NCBI GenBank assembly: GCA_951406725.2
Contig: OX597816.1
Location: 153,512,001 to 153,576,000, forward strand
Direction: 5' to 3'
DNA: 64,000 nt
Source of the DNA: Octopus vulgaris
Taxonomy: Eukaryota
Part shown: positions 1 to 14,359 of the stretch, one piece after another
How positions within the stretch are numbered: the stretch's first letter is position 1
How the letters are laid out: the number at the start of each line of letters is the position of its first letter
Position numbers and translations under genes: made by a program
The notes under the pieces: generated by a model
Database searches by the model: none
Told to the model about the DNA's origin: nothing
The model's input: the letters and a program-made list of their open reading frames with translations, nothing else

Positions 1-287
1 TGAGAATAATTAGAAATTAATGGAAAAGAGATGAGCATAAAGGAGAATTACAGAGAGACAAAGTGAAAAAAATAAAAGGCAGGAGCTCTAATGGTAAGAA
101 AGACAGTTAGTAATGAGAACAAGAGAGAGTGCTATTTGTAAAAGAGAATGTAGAGAGTATAAGATAGTATAAACAGAGATTAACGGAGAATTAAAGGAAA
201 TTAATTATTTATTGAAAGGGACAAGATAAGATAATAGAACGATGGAGAGAACATATATATACATGCATGTGCATATATGTATATATA

Positions 288-359
<72 letters not shown>

Positions 360-469
360 ATATGTATATATATAATTTTAGCTGAACGAATAAACGCTAG
401 TACTTATTTTTTACATTTTTAAGCCAGTTACTTATTCTGTTTTTTTTTTGCATACTGCCAGTTATACAT

Positions 470-610
<141 letters not shown>

Positions 611-1099
611 ACAACATATGTAAGCAAACTTTGGGTGGGGTTGTATTTTGAGGAACCCTCGAATGTGTATCGTACCATATAGACAAGAAAGTAATTTTTC
701 GAACGAAGTATAACCGTGAAAACAGCACAAAATTGGGTGTTTTATCCTTATATGACGGAAAACGTTATCAGCAGACACGAACTTGCACCTCTCAGATACC
801 GGCTGAGTAATCTACCATTAAGCTAAACTGCCTGCTGATACCAAATTTAGTAAAATTAAACGCTAAATGCATAGATTATTTGAAACATATTTTGTTGTCT
901 TTTGAAAGCGTCGAATATGTATCGTATCATACAGACAAGAAACTAGTATAACTGTGAAAGCAACAGAAGGATTGAATACTTTACCCCTATATGAAGAAAA
1001 AATACCCAATCTACCTGCTGTTTTCACGGCTATTCTGTGTTTGAAATATCACTTTTCTGTCTGTATGATATATATATATACAAAGGGCTTCTTTCAATT

Positions 1100-1650
1100 T
1101 CCGTTTATGATTTTATTGAATCGATCGTCAATATAGTTTCCATGATATTCCATATACTCGTAAGCTTTTTAATCCCATTAGTGAAAAACACTTTCGGTTT
1201 CAAAGAGAAGAACTCTGGAAGTCAGTTGTTCGAGAGGTAATCCATTCAAGTGATTCTGTAAACTACGGAACAAATGGTAATCTGAAGGAGTAAGATCTGG
1301 GGAATAAGGCAGATGAGCACTGTTTCCCAGCTAAGTTTCTCAATCTTCTGTGGCGTGATATTTGCAGAGTGGAGCCTTGCATTGTCCTGATAAATCATCA
1401 CTCTCTTTCGATTCACTAAAGCAGGCCTATTTTACTTCAAAGCAGCGTTCAAACGCTCTAATTGCTGACAGTAGATTTGAACATTTATCAGTTGGTAGCA
1501 ACTCAAGTGCATCAGTTGGTAACAACTGAAAGTGAATGACACCTTTGCAATCCCATCAAAAACAGAGAGAATAACATTCTTCGCATGGAACTCATTTTTT
1601 CGGCAGCGGTTGGGCTCTTCAAGACAATGTCTACGACGCTGTGAATTTTT
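1100..1650 (-). mobile_element. Degenerate mariner transposase C-terminal fragment
   Basis: Minus-strand translation gives IYCQQLERLNAALK*NRPALVNRKRVMIYQDNARLH and, after a frameshift, YSPDLTPSDYHLFRSLQNHLNG, which are mariner catalytic motifs. Boundaries approximate. Confidence 0.8.
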
Positions 1651-1679
1651 AATAAAAATGCGAAGGTGGTTTATCAATT

Positions 1680-2168
1680 CAAAAATCGATATCCACGAAA
1701 TAGTCATACTTTCAAACTTTTTAATGCTAAAATCCTTCCTGATGACCGTCTTTGCAATCCCGAAATACATCGTAACCATTGGTCCAGCCGTCTGGCCGTG
1801 AAGAGGGAATAGACAAAGAGATGGACAGACGGATATAACGCCCATTCTAGAAAGATAGCAAATCTGCCCTTCTACGATGGGAAATATAGGTATAGTATCG
1901 CAAATCTAAACCCCCTAAATTCACGGACCATACGGGGGCGAAATCCCACCGGAATTTTAACAAAAAAATCAAAGGTGATTTATTAATACAAAACTCAATA
2001 TCCACTAGATAGTCATATTGTTTCACATTTTTTCGCTAAAAACCTTCCCGATTACCTCCTTCGTAATCCCGAAAAACATTGTGACCATTGGCCCAGCTGT
2101 TTGACCGTGAAGAGGGAACAGACGGGCAGACGGACAGACAGACGGACATGATGCCCATTATATTAAGA
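1680..2168 (-). mobile_element. Two tandem diverged ~175-bp repeats resembling non-autonomous Helitron 5' ends
   Basis: 1680-1855 and 1990-2168 align (ccattgg.ccagc.gt.tg.ccgtgaagagggaa.agac...gcccatt...aagat). On the minus strand each starts A^TC followed by gtcc/gtct microrepeats. Confidence 0.5.
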
Positions 2169-3164
2169 TGTGCCTCAAAGGCTCCTTAGACACTTCCATA
2201 TTTGAAGAGCTATAATTAGTGAAATTTCAGTTCAATTAATTTAATTAGTTTGAATATCTCCAAATGCATATATTACTTGAATGTCTAAGACATTCTAAAA
2301 TACTGTTAAAGCGTTTGCAAATTGAAGATATAGAAGTCAGGATATTACTTATGGCATAACCTAATATATAATTATGCTGTAACAACGAACAGACTACACA
2401 TCAGAACATTCCATGGGAGGTCAAACACCATACTCTGCTACAAAATAACAAATAGTTTCATTATATAGACACAGACAATTGATGTATTTACCAGACGTCA
2501 GTCTTTATAAGTACTAGAATCACCGTATATGGAGTGCGTCTAGAGAACGAGGATAAAGAGATGAATTAAAATTCAGGAGTTGTCCTAATTAACGGGATCT
2601 GTTACCAAAAGTGTTCCAGTCGAAACAATCCCATATCTTAGGCGTTGTGTATCTATACTATATTATCTAATGTAGAGTTAGATATTTTTAAGACAGTAAG
2701 TTGCAATTTCACGGAATTTAGCTGCTATTTCAAGTAGGTAAAGCTACGAAATAAAATCACCCTTGTTGGGTAAAGTTGTTTATACGTTAAAATTATATGG
2801 GTAAATAATGGTCGAGCGATTTGATAAAGAAAGAAACATTAATGATAATATAGGTTAGTGTTTGAAGGTGTCAAAAATAGAGATTTCATTTTCTGAGAGA
2901 TTATTCAACACTCAAGGGTAACAAGGAGTTATTTCGATTTAAAATTCAGTGATTAAATAAATACCAAGTCCCAATCTCTCTCTAATTCTGAGTTCAGCTA
3001 AGTACCGTTGCTAAAAACAACTTTATACAATGCGCCTTAACAATTATAGCAGATGGAGAAAAAATTATATTTTATTACTCGAACGGCTTAAATAGAATAG
3101 TGTCAAATTTCCGATTTTGTTGGCAGAAGAAATAATTGCTTTGTACAACAGTTTATCATCACCG

Positions 3165-3620
3165 TACATCATCATCATCATCATCATCGGCACTTTTATT
3201 ATCCCCACCACCGTCATCAGAATCGTCATCACCAGCAGCAGCAGTATCATCGACGTCGTCATCATCATCTCCCTCGTTATCGTGAACATTATTACTATCT
3301 CCATCGTCTCCATCTTCATCATTATCATCAGCATCATCTTTATCTTCAATGATCATCTGCACAATTTCACCATCATTGCCTTCAAAGAATGTCATCAGCA
3401 TTCTCAGTATCACCACTCGCATCATCGAACATAATCGTCATCAAAATAGTTATTACCAGTATCAAAATCTTCGTAGCCGTCGATGTCATCATCATCATCA
3501 TCGTCGTTGACGTCGTCGTCGTCGTCGTCGTCGTCGTAGTCGTCATCATTATCATAATCATTCTCATCAAAATCAACACCACTTTCTCCTCCTTTATCAT
3601 CCTCATTACCGTCACCATTA
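3165..3620. repeat. Degenerate (CAT/CGT)n trinucleotide low-complexity tract
   Basis: Directly visible; explains the poly-I/D/M/T ORFs. Confidence 0.9.
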
Positions 3621-5406
3621 TATAAATTATATAATTAGATTAAGGTTTTCACCTTGATGCTTCAAGAAATAAGTCCATAGTGGCTAGTATGTGTCTTTGA
3701 CTGACTGTTCGATTAATTTACTTCGGCCCAGATCTTAATTGAATAGGAAATTGCATGTGATTACAATCAGGATAATGTCTCACCTAGAAACAGAGTGAGA
3801 GAAAACTTTCCCTGAAAGTTCAAGTTAGAGTTGGCATATGCCTTCATCGCCCTTATATTGCCGCATAACGCATTTGACTGGATTGGAACCTCTGTAATTA
3901 GTATGTTTCATAAGAAGTGTTCTGCAGATGAAGCAGTTCGTTCTATAGCTAAGACCCTCTGCATGGAATCTCGAAGTGCTGTGGTTAATAATATGCAAGC
4001 ACACTGCGACTGCGACAGGACATCTTCAGGGGTTTCCAGGCGCTGTGTATATACGGTGTTTTTGTTGAGCATAACTTTCCGTGGCTTGACTCTTTAACGG
4101 AGCTGTAGTTCCGGGTTGAGCATAGACCAACTTTGGTGTCTGACATCTTGAGTGGTATTTGGCAATCACAGTCATTCTACCAATCGTGCAAAGTAGCCGG
4201 CTGAATTTGTATTCTTTGCATTCTAAAAGGGTTTATTCGTAAACATGTGTAACTATATAGTAAGCAGATGATCTAGGCTTTCGAAAGAATTTCCCCACTC
4301 AGATATAGTATATCTTAGACTATATAGTCTATATCCCATCTGTACTTCATTTTCAAGGGACTGTAATTTGAAGGTGATATTTAATCCCTTTGTTTAGCTT
4401 GCCCATTAACCGCGAACGAGCTCCCTTGTTGATTCGTGGTAAAGCGATAATTAAAGGCATTCAAGCCGAAACCGAGAATCGTGTTTTTCAAACATGCTGT
4501 GTTTAGGCCTACATTACACAATGTTTTTATTTCTCTAAGGTGATAAAATATGATATGAGAGAAATGTGACTGTCACTTCTAGTATTTTGAGCAACCTTGT
4601 CAAGACGATAATCATGAGATGTTAGGTCGTAAAAGTTGTGAAAATATTGTTCTAATAACCTCATTGATTTTAAAGGCATAAATGAAGTTTTTCATTTTTA
4701 CAGAAGGCGTGACAATATATATTGTCGTATTCAGTTATATGCTTTTGCATTTTAAGTTCAATTTTCTACTGAGGCAGCCACATTAATATCAGTGTACTGG
4801 TTATAAGTGAAATGGATACAACCGAAGTTGGTTCACACACACATACGTGTGTGAATGTATGTATGTATGTATGTATGTACGTACGTATGTATGTATGTAT
4901 GTATGTATGTACGTACGTATGTATGTATGTATGTATGTATGTATGTATGCATGCATGTATGTATGCATGCATGTATGTATGCATGCATGTATAAACACGG
5001 TTATTGGGACGAACGGTACAAAATTTCTTAATACCAACTGTACTAGAATATTTTATTTCAGTCAGTTCACGATATTACCGAACTAAACTTAAAGAATCCT
5101 CCTCTCGTGATCACACGATTTCTCAGTCGGCTATAATGGAATAAGAACTTTAGAGAATTAAAGGTTATCACAAAATGGTGAAAGAACGAACACATTTCTT
5201 TAGTCAGAATGCGTCATACATTGGTATCATATTAAAGGTACTAAAAGTACTGAAAATGAGTACTCTGTACTAATAGGAAGAGATAGAGTCCACAGAGAAT
5301 TGAGTATCAAATAAGATTATTAGATGCACATATGTACGCACTATTTTATTGTGTACTTTGATGTACACGCATACACATTCAGTTATCCTCCTGCTTCTCA
5401 CTAGAT

Positions 5407-6260
5407 CAGTCTTCCCCAACGTTTATTCCACATCCTACTTCGATTATCCACAAAAACGTACTCTGCACCATAATCGGATAAAACTAGTATAGAGCATTCA
5501 TATATTCAAAAGAAGTTTTAATTAAATATTATTGGAAGTTTCATTCACTCGTTACTTACTTAGTGGGAAACTTTCACTTTGCGCTGGCCACAGATTTGTT
5601 TGATTCAAGAGACCAATTGCAGCGAATCGATAACAGCACTAAATCCATCCTGGAATAAATAACACAACTGAAACTATAATTGTGCTTCCCTTACAAAAAT
5701 AGTCGATTTTGGGTATATCTTTTCACTCCCTTCAAAGTTACATCATGATCATAAAATTTGTCAATGAAGACGTCACGAACAAACATCTTGAAATTAGCAA
5801 CAATGATGTTTTTTCTGTGTCAGTTATCTCACACTTTTTCAACTTCTTGACAGGTATGGGCATAAATTCAGAAGTATCACAAATCTAAATATGTTTGCTT
5901 TTGTATCGATGATACTTTTGTATCACATTGGCTCCTTGGAGTTGATTGGTTAAAGAACAAAATTTCTTAAAATTTTCAATCAAGTACGCTTTGCTATCTG
6001 TTGCCAAAACTTGCCGGGAAGGTCAAATACGTCCTGAAATCTTTTGAAGCAGTTTCTCTTAAAATTTACTTCAGTGTAGAACAATAACTTCATACGTTCT
6101 GCATTTTTATCTTCATGAAACTTTTTGAATAGGGCGTTCGCACTTGGCATTTGCTTGGATAGAATTGATGCTTTTAATTGCAGAACATGAATCTCAGAAG
6201 AAATACTCTTTGCAACCAACATTTCTTGGTGAACATTTTTCATTAGTTTTAAACATTCTG
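5407..6260 (-). mobile_element. hAT (Buster/Charlie-type) transposase remnant
   Basis: ORF 5980-6243 (HQEMLVAKSISSE...LFKKFHEDKNAERMKLLFYTEV..KRNCFKRF) resembles the hAT CxxH...LLxHTEVRWLSxG region. TIR-like cagtcttccccaac at 5407. Confidence 0.65.
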
Positions 6261-6415
6261 CCTTTTAACTTGTCATGGCAGGTGCACCATTGCTTCCTTT
6301 CGGTATTTCATTTTCCTCAAATTGACAGGAAAATATGTGTACATACAAACATACATACATTCATACATACATACATACATACATACATACATACATACAT
6401 ACATACATACATACA

Positions 6416-6446
<31 letters not shown>

Positions 6447-6924
6447 TCAAGAGACTTCAATTCCTGCTACCTCCGGCCCGGGGATAGAGTATAAAATAAC
6501 TTTGCCAAGGTGCTACGCATGCATTAATCGTCACTAATAATGATAGAAATACCTTTTTAAAAATGGTATTCGTCACCAAAAACAAACAGGTCGAATTAAA
6601 ATAAAATACATACATAAAGATACTGCCCAGTTCCCCCCCCCCCCCCCACACACACACACACTATCTATTTACCACAAATTCAAAATTAAACGACAACATT
6701 AATAGCCGAAAGACTGTAAATAGTATGGTACTAAAATTACAACAATGTTTTTGGTCTACTTCGATTTTTCAAATCAGCCGTTAAATTATTACCCTGAAAA
6801 ATCCCCACGTCTCGTTAAACAAAACTATTGCCACGCCACAACGGTAGGGATATACGCCCGACATTCAGAAATAAGGCACTACGTATTTAACTATAGATTT
6901 AACTATGATGACCGTCCACTTGTG

Positions 6925-9000
6925 ACCTAGGAAGACCATTGCTGACCTTTGGGAACATTATGTGCTCTTGGACTAACTTATATTTTGCATTTGCGGCTTT
7001 GTTGGTGCCTAATGAGCCCTGCTCTTGACAAGCATACACGACTGCAAACATTGCAGACCAAGCTTTCCCCATTCATTACACTAGCAGTGCGCTTTCGAGC
7101 AGCACGCTTAAATTCTTCATGAAGAATACGTGCTTTTTCACAGGTGTCGACCCCCTCCTTAACCTGCTTCCTCTATCTGTGGCAATGACAGGCATTGCTC
7201 TCCCAGTCGGTCTCCTGTATATCATAGGCCTTTAATGAGGACTTGACACAGTCCTTAAATCGCAGCCTTGGTTCCTGCCGGGGTCTCTTTCCACTAAGAA
7301 GTTCTCCATATAGCATCCGTTTAGGGATCCTGCTATCCTTCATTCTAATAAAGAGTCCAGTTCAACGTAACCGCTGCTTGTGCGCCATCGCCTCAATACT
7401 CACGATATCAGCTTTCCTCACGATCTGTGTGTCTGGAGTTCTTAAATCCAGCCAACATTCAGAATGTGTCTCCGACATCTCTGATGTAAGCGTTCAAGGA
7501 CCTTTACATGACGTTTGTAAAGGGTCCATGTCTCATATGAGTAAAGGAGCGATGTCAGTACACATGCATGGAGTAGACGGATAATTTGTCGAGAGAAGGT
7601 TGGCTGACAGACAATTGGCCGACAGACAACTTACAGACAGGACAATTGACCGATTGGTTTTATCAATAATATTGGCGTACCCTTTGAATAGAAGCTTTCT
7701 GCCTCCTCGTTCCGTTCTGATGAACTTCATGGTTGATACTTCCACATGTCGACTTATTGTCCAATCAGCGAACTGTCTGTCAATGAATTGTCTCTCTACG
7801 AATTGTCTGCACACGTAAGCACGGTGCACAACAATTTTTGCTTGCCTTGTGATGCCATACTGAGACCAGACACGAGACTCAAGAGACCGGAAGGAATCAG
7901 TTGCTCTCTGCAGCCTGAAAGATATTTCATTATTCAAGGAGCAAGAACGGCTGAGTGTGCTGCTCAGGTAGACAAACTTGTCTACCACTTTCAGTATTTT
8001 TCCTTCAACCAAGATAGCTGGTTCTACATATGGATTTCCTGGTGCAGGCTGAAACATCACAAGTCTTTTCTTGGCCAATGGTGAGCTCAAATGCTTTGCA
8101 AGAAGCAGAAATACGATTCATAAGTATAATTTGCCAAGTATTTTCCATAGCAAGGCTCTGTTCACAGTATCAAAGACCTTGGTTAAATCAATGAATACCT
8201 GGACAAGATCCTAGAGAGTTCCATGTTTGCGAGTCTGCTCCAACCATGGAATTCAAATTCCCCAGTAGAATGACTTTATCAGAATTGGGGATTTTCTTAA
8301 GTATGGCTCTCAGCTGGGTATAAAAATAGCTTTATCTTCATTACAACTAGCCAGAATAGGCACTCGTTAGAGTAGCAAACCACTCAACTTTCAGGTGCAA
8401 TCGTAGAATCATTAAACGTTCATTTATAGGAACAGGAAGCTCCTCCATCTTCTTAAGGATGTTAGATCGGACTGCAAAGCCAACACCAACCTTCAGTTTA
8501 CCTTTCAAAAAAAAGGTGTATCCACCTCCAACTTTCTCAAGCTAACCACCACCTTCGAGTTAGCTATATCAATGTTATAGCGGTTTAGCTCGCGAGCAAC
8601 AAGTGCAGTGAGTCTTTGAGGCCTACAATCACACTTGTTATCCAACAGAGTACACACATTCCAACATGAAATGTTCAAGTTCCATCCAGATTTTGTAAAC
8701 AAAAAATGTTTCTTTGCTTTTCGAGCGCAGGGTGGACATCCGTCAGGAGCGCTAAACTGACCAGATATAGAAAGACAGGCAGTTTTTTTTTTTTTGTTCT
8801 CCTTTTCTAGAACCTCCGGGTGAGCAGTGCCTTCTCCAACCGAAGCTGCTCAGACTCCCATGCACCAACTGAATCCTATCGCTGTCTTGAGTGACAAGGA
8901 GACGACTTTATATCTAGCATGGGACGCCTACGTGCAGGTCACTGACTACATGCTTCTAACCCATCAGGTCTGCATATTTCACCACCTTCACCACCGCAGG
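6925..9000 (-). mobile_element. Internally deleted RTE-clade LINE
   Basis: APE start NISCWNVCTLLDN..RPQRLTALVARELNRYNIDIA (8505-8702). Post-RT VVDKFVYLSSTLSR...ACVLTSLLYSYETWTLYKRH...IPKRMLYGEL. C-terminal CNVCSRVCLSRAGLIRH zinc finger. Confidence 0.85.
7572..7816 (-). mobile_element. 245-bp non-autonomous DNA element (MULE/FLYWCH-like) inserted in the RTE LINE
   Basis: Interrupts the LINE frame at HRA|CVL. Has degenerate ~55-bp inverted termini built of gacagacaatt subrepeats, a candidate 8-bp TSD (atgcatgg 7564-7571 / aagcacgg 7817-7824), and an internal MKFIRTERGGRKLLFKGY peptide. Confidence 0.6.
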
Positions 9001-9173
9001 ACTTCTGAATAAAAAATAAAATAAATATATACTAAAATTAAATAAATATATTCTAAAAATAAAGATACATATTTACTGAAAATAAGATAATTATATATAT
9101 AGGAAAAAAATTTAACCATAAATACATGCATACATATACATACAAACATGTGTGTGTGTGTGTTCGTGTTTGC

Positions 9174-9213
<40 letters not shown>

Positions 9214-9280
9214 GTGCGTGTGTGTGTGTGTGCGCGTGTGTGCGTGTGTGTGTGTGTGTGATATGTATATACTATAATTA

Positions 9281-10268
9281 CGAGGGACGTTCAATAAGTA
9301 ATGCCTCTGAGCCACTTCCAGGTGTTTGATCTAGTTGAAATTTTGCATGTGCAATTACTTATATCTCTATGGATTAGGTGGCAAATTACAGCTCTGAACT
9401 AATTATGGTTTCTGATTTACAGGTGTTTGAACTGAGTCAAGTGTGAAATGGAGCCTGTTGAGTGTCGAGCAGTGATCCGGTTTTTGTATTTGAAAGGACG
9501 CACACCATGGGAGACTTTTGATGAAATGAAAGTAACTTATGGTGATGATGCCCCATCATATGACCTTGTAAAACGCTGGCATCGTGAATTCAAACATGGT
9601 CGGAACTCTGTGGAAACAGCTCCCAGATCTGGTCGACCCCCTTCTGCCATTGATGAGGCATCTGTCCGTCAAGTTGAGGCTGCCATTTTGGAAGATCGAC
9701 GCATAACTATTCGCCAAATAGCCCATGAGGTCAAGATTAGTACCGGGTCTGTGGAAACTATCATTCATGACCATTTGCATATGCAAAGGGTACCACAATT
9801 ACAGGAGCCTATTATGCTTCACTTTTGAGGAAATTAAGAGAAGCTATCAAAATCAAGAAGCGGGGCAAGATCAGCGAAGGCATCCTCCTCCTGCAGGACA
9901 ACGCTCCGGTCCACAACTCGCTTGTCGCCAGATCAGAAGCACAGGCGTGCGGCTATGAACTCCTCCCCCACCTCCCTACTCTCCTGACCTTACACCCTCT
10001 GATTTTCACCTCTTCCCAGCCATGAAGTTGTTTTTGAAAGGAAAGCATTTCCCAGATGATGCAGCCTTGATTTCTAAAGTCACGTCGTGGTTGGAGGACC
10101 AAGCTGGGGTCTTTTACAAAAACGGTCTCCAGAGCTGGATCAAGCGATGGGATAAATGCGTAACTCTGAGTGGTTCCTATGTAGAAAAAGATCAATAACT
10201 GTGCCAAGTTCCGTTGCTCTACTGTTATGGGAAGTGGGTCAGGGGCATTACTTATTGAACGCCCCTCG
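9281..10268 (+). mobile_element. Mariner transposon, internally deleted copy
   Basis: TA|cgagggacgttcaataagtaatgcc ... ggcattacttattgaacgcccctcg|TA TIRs. ORF 9448-9828 encodes the HTH N-terminus. Lacks ~300 bp present in the copy at 37725-38966. Confidence 0.95.
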
Positions 10269-11096
10269 TATATGCATACCGATAAGTGTGATTACGTGCT
10301 TACCGCATTCATTTTCTTGGAAACGAACTGTTGAAGCATACATTTTTTTCGGTAACATATCAATGTACACTGACAAACTTAAATTACTTTAGTACTATTT
10401 ATTCCAATACCTTCTACCCATCTAGGTAAAACCTGGTGGACTAGCGTATGTATCGCATATTTATCGCTTATTGTATTACGTATTATAAAGTTTGCTTCCT
10501 GATCTTTCTTAAATTAGTATTGTTCAAATATTTCAGTAACATCGTACGAAGAGCTGATGCTTTTCTGTGTGTTGGACATTAATAAAAGTAGTCCCATCTG
10601 GTAAAAGGAAATAAGGGAGATGTTTTGGGAAAATGGAAAGTTAGTTACAAAAAAAAAACAAAAAAACAAAAAAAAAGCAGGAACAAACATTTACATACTT
10701 GATTTGAAATACGAAAGAAACGAGTACGCCGTGGTGTCCAGCCGGAAACATTGTTATTCTGGTATTAAGTTAGGAATTGCATTGTTCTTTGAATTTGTTG
10801 AATTTGGTTCAATACCGTTTTAATAAGAAATCTTGTTAACTTGTAATATGGTGATATATTTTATGAGGTTGAATGCTTTGTATATTGAATCTTGGCTATG
10901 TTTGTAGCTTTTGTGTCTTTCTTTTACTTCATATAGATTTTTATATGCACACACGTGCTCTCTCATACGCGTTTATGAACTCTCATACACACTCTCACAT
11001 GCTCACATGAATACAAACATACATATATATTCCTAATAACTTATAGACGTCATGTCGCGCCACATTACGGTATCGTTTTGTTTTTTGTTTCTGTAG

Positions 11097-11217
11097 TTAA
11101 GAATGTGGGCCCAGCGAGAGAAGATAAACCAGACGAATTATGCCTTGAAGTTCGCAGAACGATGTTATGCATTTTTCACAGAATATTTCAATATATCTGA
11201 TATTCTCAACAAATCAG
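11097..11217 (+). CDS. M1 aminopeptidase (aminopeptidase N-like), internal exon 1 of 6 in window
   Basis: ttttgtttctgtag|TTAAGA...TCAG|gtaatc. Encodes LRMWAQREKINQTNYALKFAERCYAFFTEYFNISDILNKS. Its phase-1 end joins the next exon to make Asp. Confidence 0.85.
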
Positions 11218-11850
11218 GTAATCGATTGTCTTCATTATCCTTCTTTACAATAATAGCAATAATGATTAATACCAATAATTTGTCTTTTCATTCAGGTTAC
11301 AATTTTAATTATTGAAATTCGTCAGGAAATTTTATCATTTTAGAAGTAGTCTTGCTAGAAGAAATATGTTGGTTCCATCTTTACTATTTGAATTGCCATT
11401 TGTCTCAATGTACACTTATCACTCCCTGCCACTAACAGACTGTATGTTAATCCATGAGTGTATCATTTTGTCTGCCATGGATAAGTTTTTATATTCTGTT
11501 TATCTGTGTCTCATTTTTCACATGCATTTCCAAAACTTTCTCTTTCCTTCCTCTCTCTCTCTCTACCTCACATATTCTCTCTCCTTCTTTCCCTCTCCCC
11601 TCCGACGCACACACACTAACACACACACTCACATACCACACACACTCACATACCACACACACACATATGCACGTATGCATGCATGTATGTATGTATGTAT
11701 GTATGTATGTATGTATGTATGTATGTATGTATGTATGTATGTATGTATGTATATACGTATGTATGCATGCATGTACGTATGTATGTGTGTGTGTGTGTGT
11801 ATGTATGTACGCATGCATGTACGTATGTATGTATGTGTGTGTATGTATGC

Positions 11851-11883
<33 letters not shown>

Positions 11884-12353
11884 TGTATGTATGTATGTAT
11901 GTATGTATGTATGTATGTATGTGCTATTGAAATGCCTGTCAAAATGAGAATCTTTTGGGTTCTCCTTTCAGCAATTCTTAATATTTTTATTCCAAGCCAT
12001 GTTTCATTTTAGTCTTTTTTCAGTTGTTCATATTTTACCTCGCTTCTTTTTTCGTGAGTTTCATATTTTACCTTGCTTCTTTTTTCTTGAGTTTCTTGTT
12101 AATGTTTTGCAGTACTTTCATCCAGTTGCTGGATATTTGAAAAGTCGTCTCTTCACTTTCTTACTCATATGCTCAGATTCCCTTACTCACATTCATTACT
12201 CTCAATGACTGACACATAGTTCATAATTCGGTCTTTTTTTTTATAGTTTTCTCGGTTTTCCCTCTCAGTGAAAATTCAGTTTTACCTCTTGGCTTCTTTT
12301 CCAAACGTCTTCTCCATACTTATTTCAATATTATATAAGGTATTTTCTGAAGG

Positions 12354-12422
<69 letters not shown>

Positions 12423-12659
12423 ATCACCCCTTCCTCTCCTCTCTCACATACATACACACACACACACGCACACACACACACAAAGAAGAAGAAGAAGAAG
12501 AAGAAGAAGAAGAAGAAGAAGAAGAAGAAGAAGAAGAAAATATTTGTCAACATGACACATATGGATGCAAATATCAACTCCTAAGTAATTGCAAGATCCT
12601 TCAAAACTGTCATAACAAGCGCAGAAATCTCAGTTCCACAATTTGCTAAATATCTTGAA

Positions 12660-13830
12660 ACAACTAACGACTAGATGCAAAAATTCTTTGAATGCCACGA
12701 GAGGCGTAAGAAAAGATAGATAAATACAACCCTCTTAAGTATGAAATAGCCCAGCTATGGAAAATGAAGAACGTGAAGATAGTGCCAATTATTGTTGGGT
12801 CCTTGGAGACAGTATCGGAAGGCATCAAGGGGAATATAAAGGAAATCGAAACAGAGTGCCCTGTAGAACTGTTATAAACGGTTCGCCTCCTTGACTCGTA
12901 TGGAAGGTGGTAGAGGCCTTATACAGCTAGAAAACTATTACAAAATAACCACCATAGGACTACAGAAATACCTAGTTGAGAAGCAAGGAATACTAATACA
13001 AATAGCCACAAAACACGAACAAAAAAGAAACTGTTTTCAGTCTTTATGGAAGCTGACAAATACGAAAAAAAAAAGTCATAATACTTAACAACTATAAAGA
13101 GAAAGAAGAAACAACGTAAGCTGTAAAACAACTGAAATCCAAACTAAAACTGGAACAGCAACGGATTGTGATAAAACTATGGCAAGAAAAGCCCCTTTAT
13201 AGTTAAATTAAACACAAAAGAAAATAGACAAAGCAAAATTCCAACAATGGCTGAGAAGCCCAGAACTCAAAGCAGAGACTGAAGGATTTTTAGTTACAGC
13301 ACAGATCAAAGCCTTCCCACCAGAAAGCATCAAAAACACGTAATGCAAAGAAATACAACTGTAGAATATGTGGTGATGGAAAAGAAACAATAAATCATGT
13401 TTTCTCTAGCTGCCCAGTCCTGGCTAAGAAGGAATATATTCACAGACATGACAAAGTTGGGACCCATATACACTGGAAGCTATACCAACACTATGGAATG
13501 ACAACAGAGAATAGATGTATTAGGCACACCCCAGAAAAGGTCACAGGGAACGAGAAAGCAACCATACTGGGATGTGCCAATACACACAGATAGAGAAATT
13601 AAGGCCAATAGGCCTGAGGTAGTTGTCAGAGATCACCAAGAAAAAAGTGCTTTCAAATCCATATATTAATACTGACAGATGACAAAGTCCCTCTACAAGA
13701 AACGGAGAAACTTTTAAAATACAAAGATGTGGAAATAGAGGCAGCTTGAGTGTAGAGTCTAGAAACAGAAGCAATTCCTATCATAGTAGGCACATTAGGC
13801 TCGGTAGCGTAGTGAAAGCACGTGATAAAA
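12660..13830 (+). mobile_element. R4/Dong-clade LINE 3' fragments (restriction-like endonuclease region)
   Basis: EGGRGLIQLE, LKAETEGF, CRICG..KETINHVFSSCPVLAKKEYIHRHDKV, DREIKANRPEVVV and IPIIVGTLG. A second tail piece (KIVPIIVGSL) lies at 12660-12890. Followed by an (AAT)n tract. Confidence 0.85.
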
Positions 13831-13842
13831 ATAAGACGACTA

Positions 13843-13989
<147 letters not shown>

Positions 13990-14193
13990 CTTTTCTACTC
14001 TAGGCACAAGGCTCGAAATTTTGGGGGAGGGGGACAGTCGATTAGATCGATCCCTGTACGTAACTGGTACTTAATTTATTGACCCTGAAAGGATGAAAGG
14101 CAAAGTAGACCTCGGCGGAATTTGAACTCAAAACGTAAAGACATGAAATACCGCTAAGCAGTTGGCCCGACGTTGTAACGTTTCTGTCAGCTC
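13990..14193 (-). mobile_element. SINE, family A (central gtcgactttgcctttcatcctttc..gtc..taa.taagtacc domain, Deu/Nin-like)
   Basis: Homologous to 41700-41919 (-) and 51358-51565 (+). Degenerate copies lie near 19470-19790, 33420-33530 and 33820-33970. Confidence 0.75.
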
Positions 14194-14359
14194 AGGAAAG
14201 TATTAGATAGCTGAAGAGAATGAATAGCATGGTACCGTAGGGTGCAGGTAGTAAGCCCGCTACTCATGCAAGACCCCGGGAGCTCCTGCAAAATCTGTGA
14301 TAAAGAAGAAGAAGAAGAAAAAGAAGAAGAAGAAGAGAAGGGGAGGAGGAGGATGGGCA

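Noticed and set aside
3780-4200. More GC-rich unique-looking segment
   Set aside because: No recognisable motif or splice-supported frame on either strand, so it is left unassigned.
7746-8084. ORF starting MSTY, resembling the aminopeptidase MSTYL motif
   Set aside because: It is antisense to LINE/MITE sequence, with no further similarity and no suitable splice sites.
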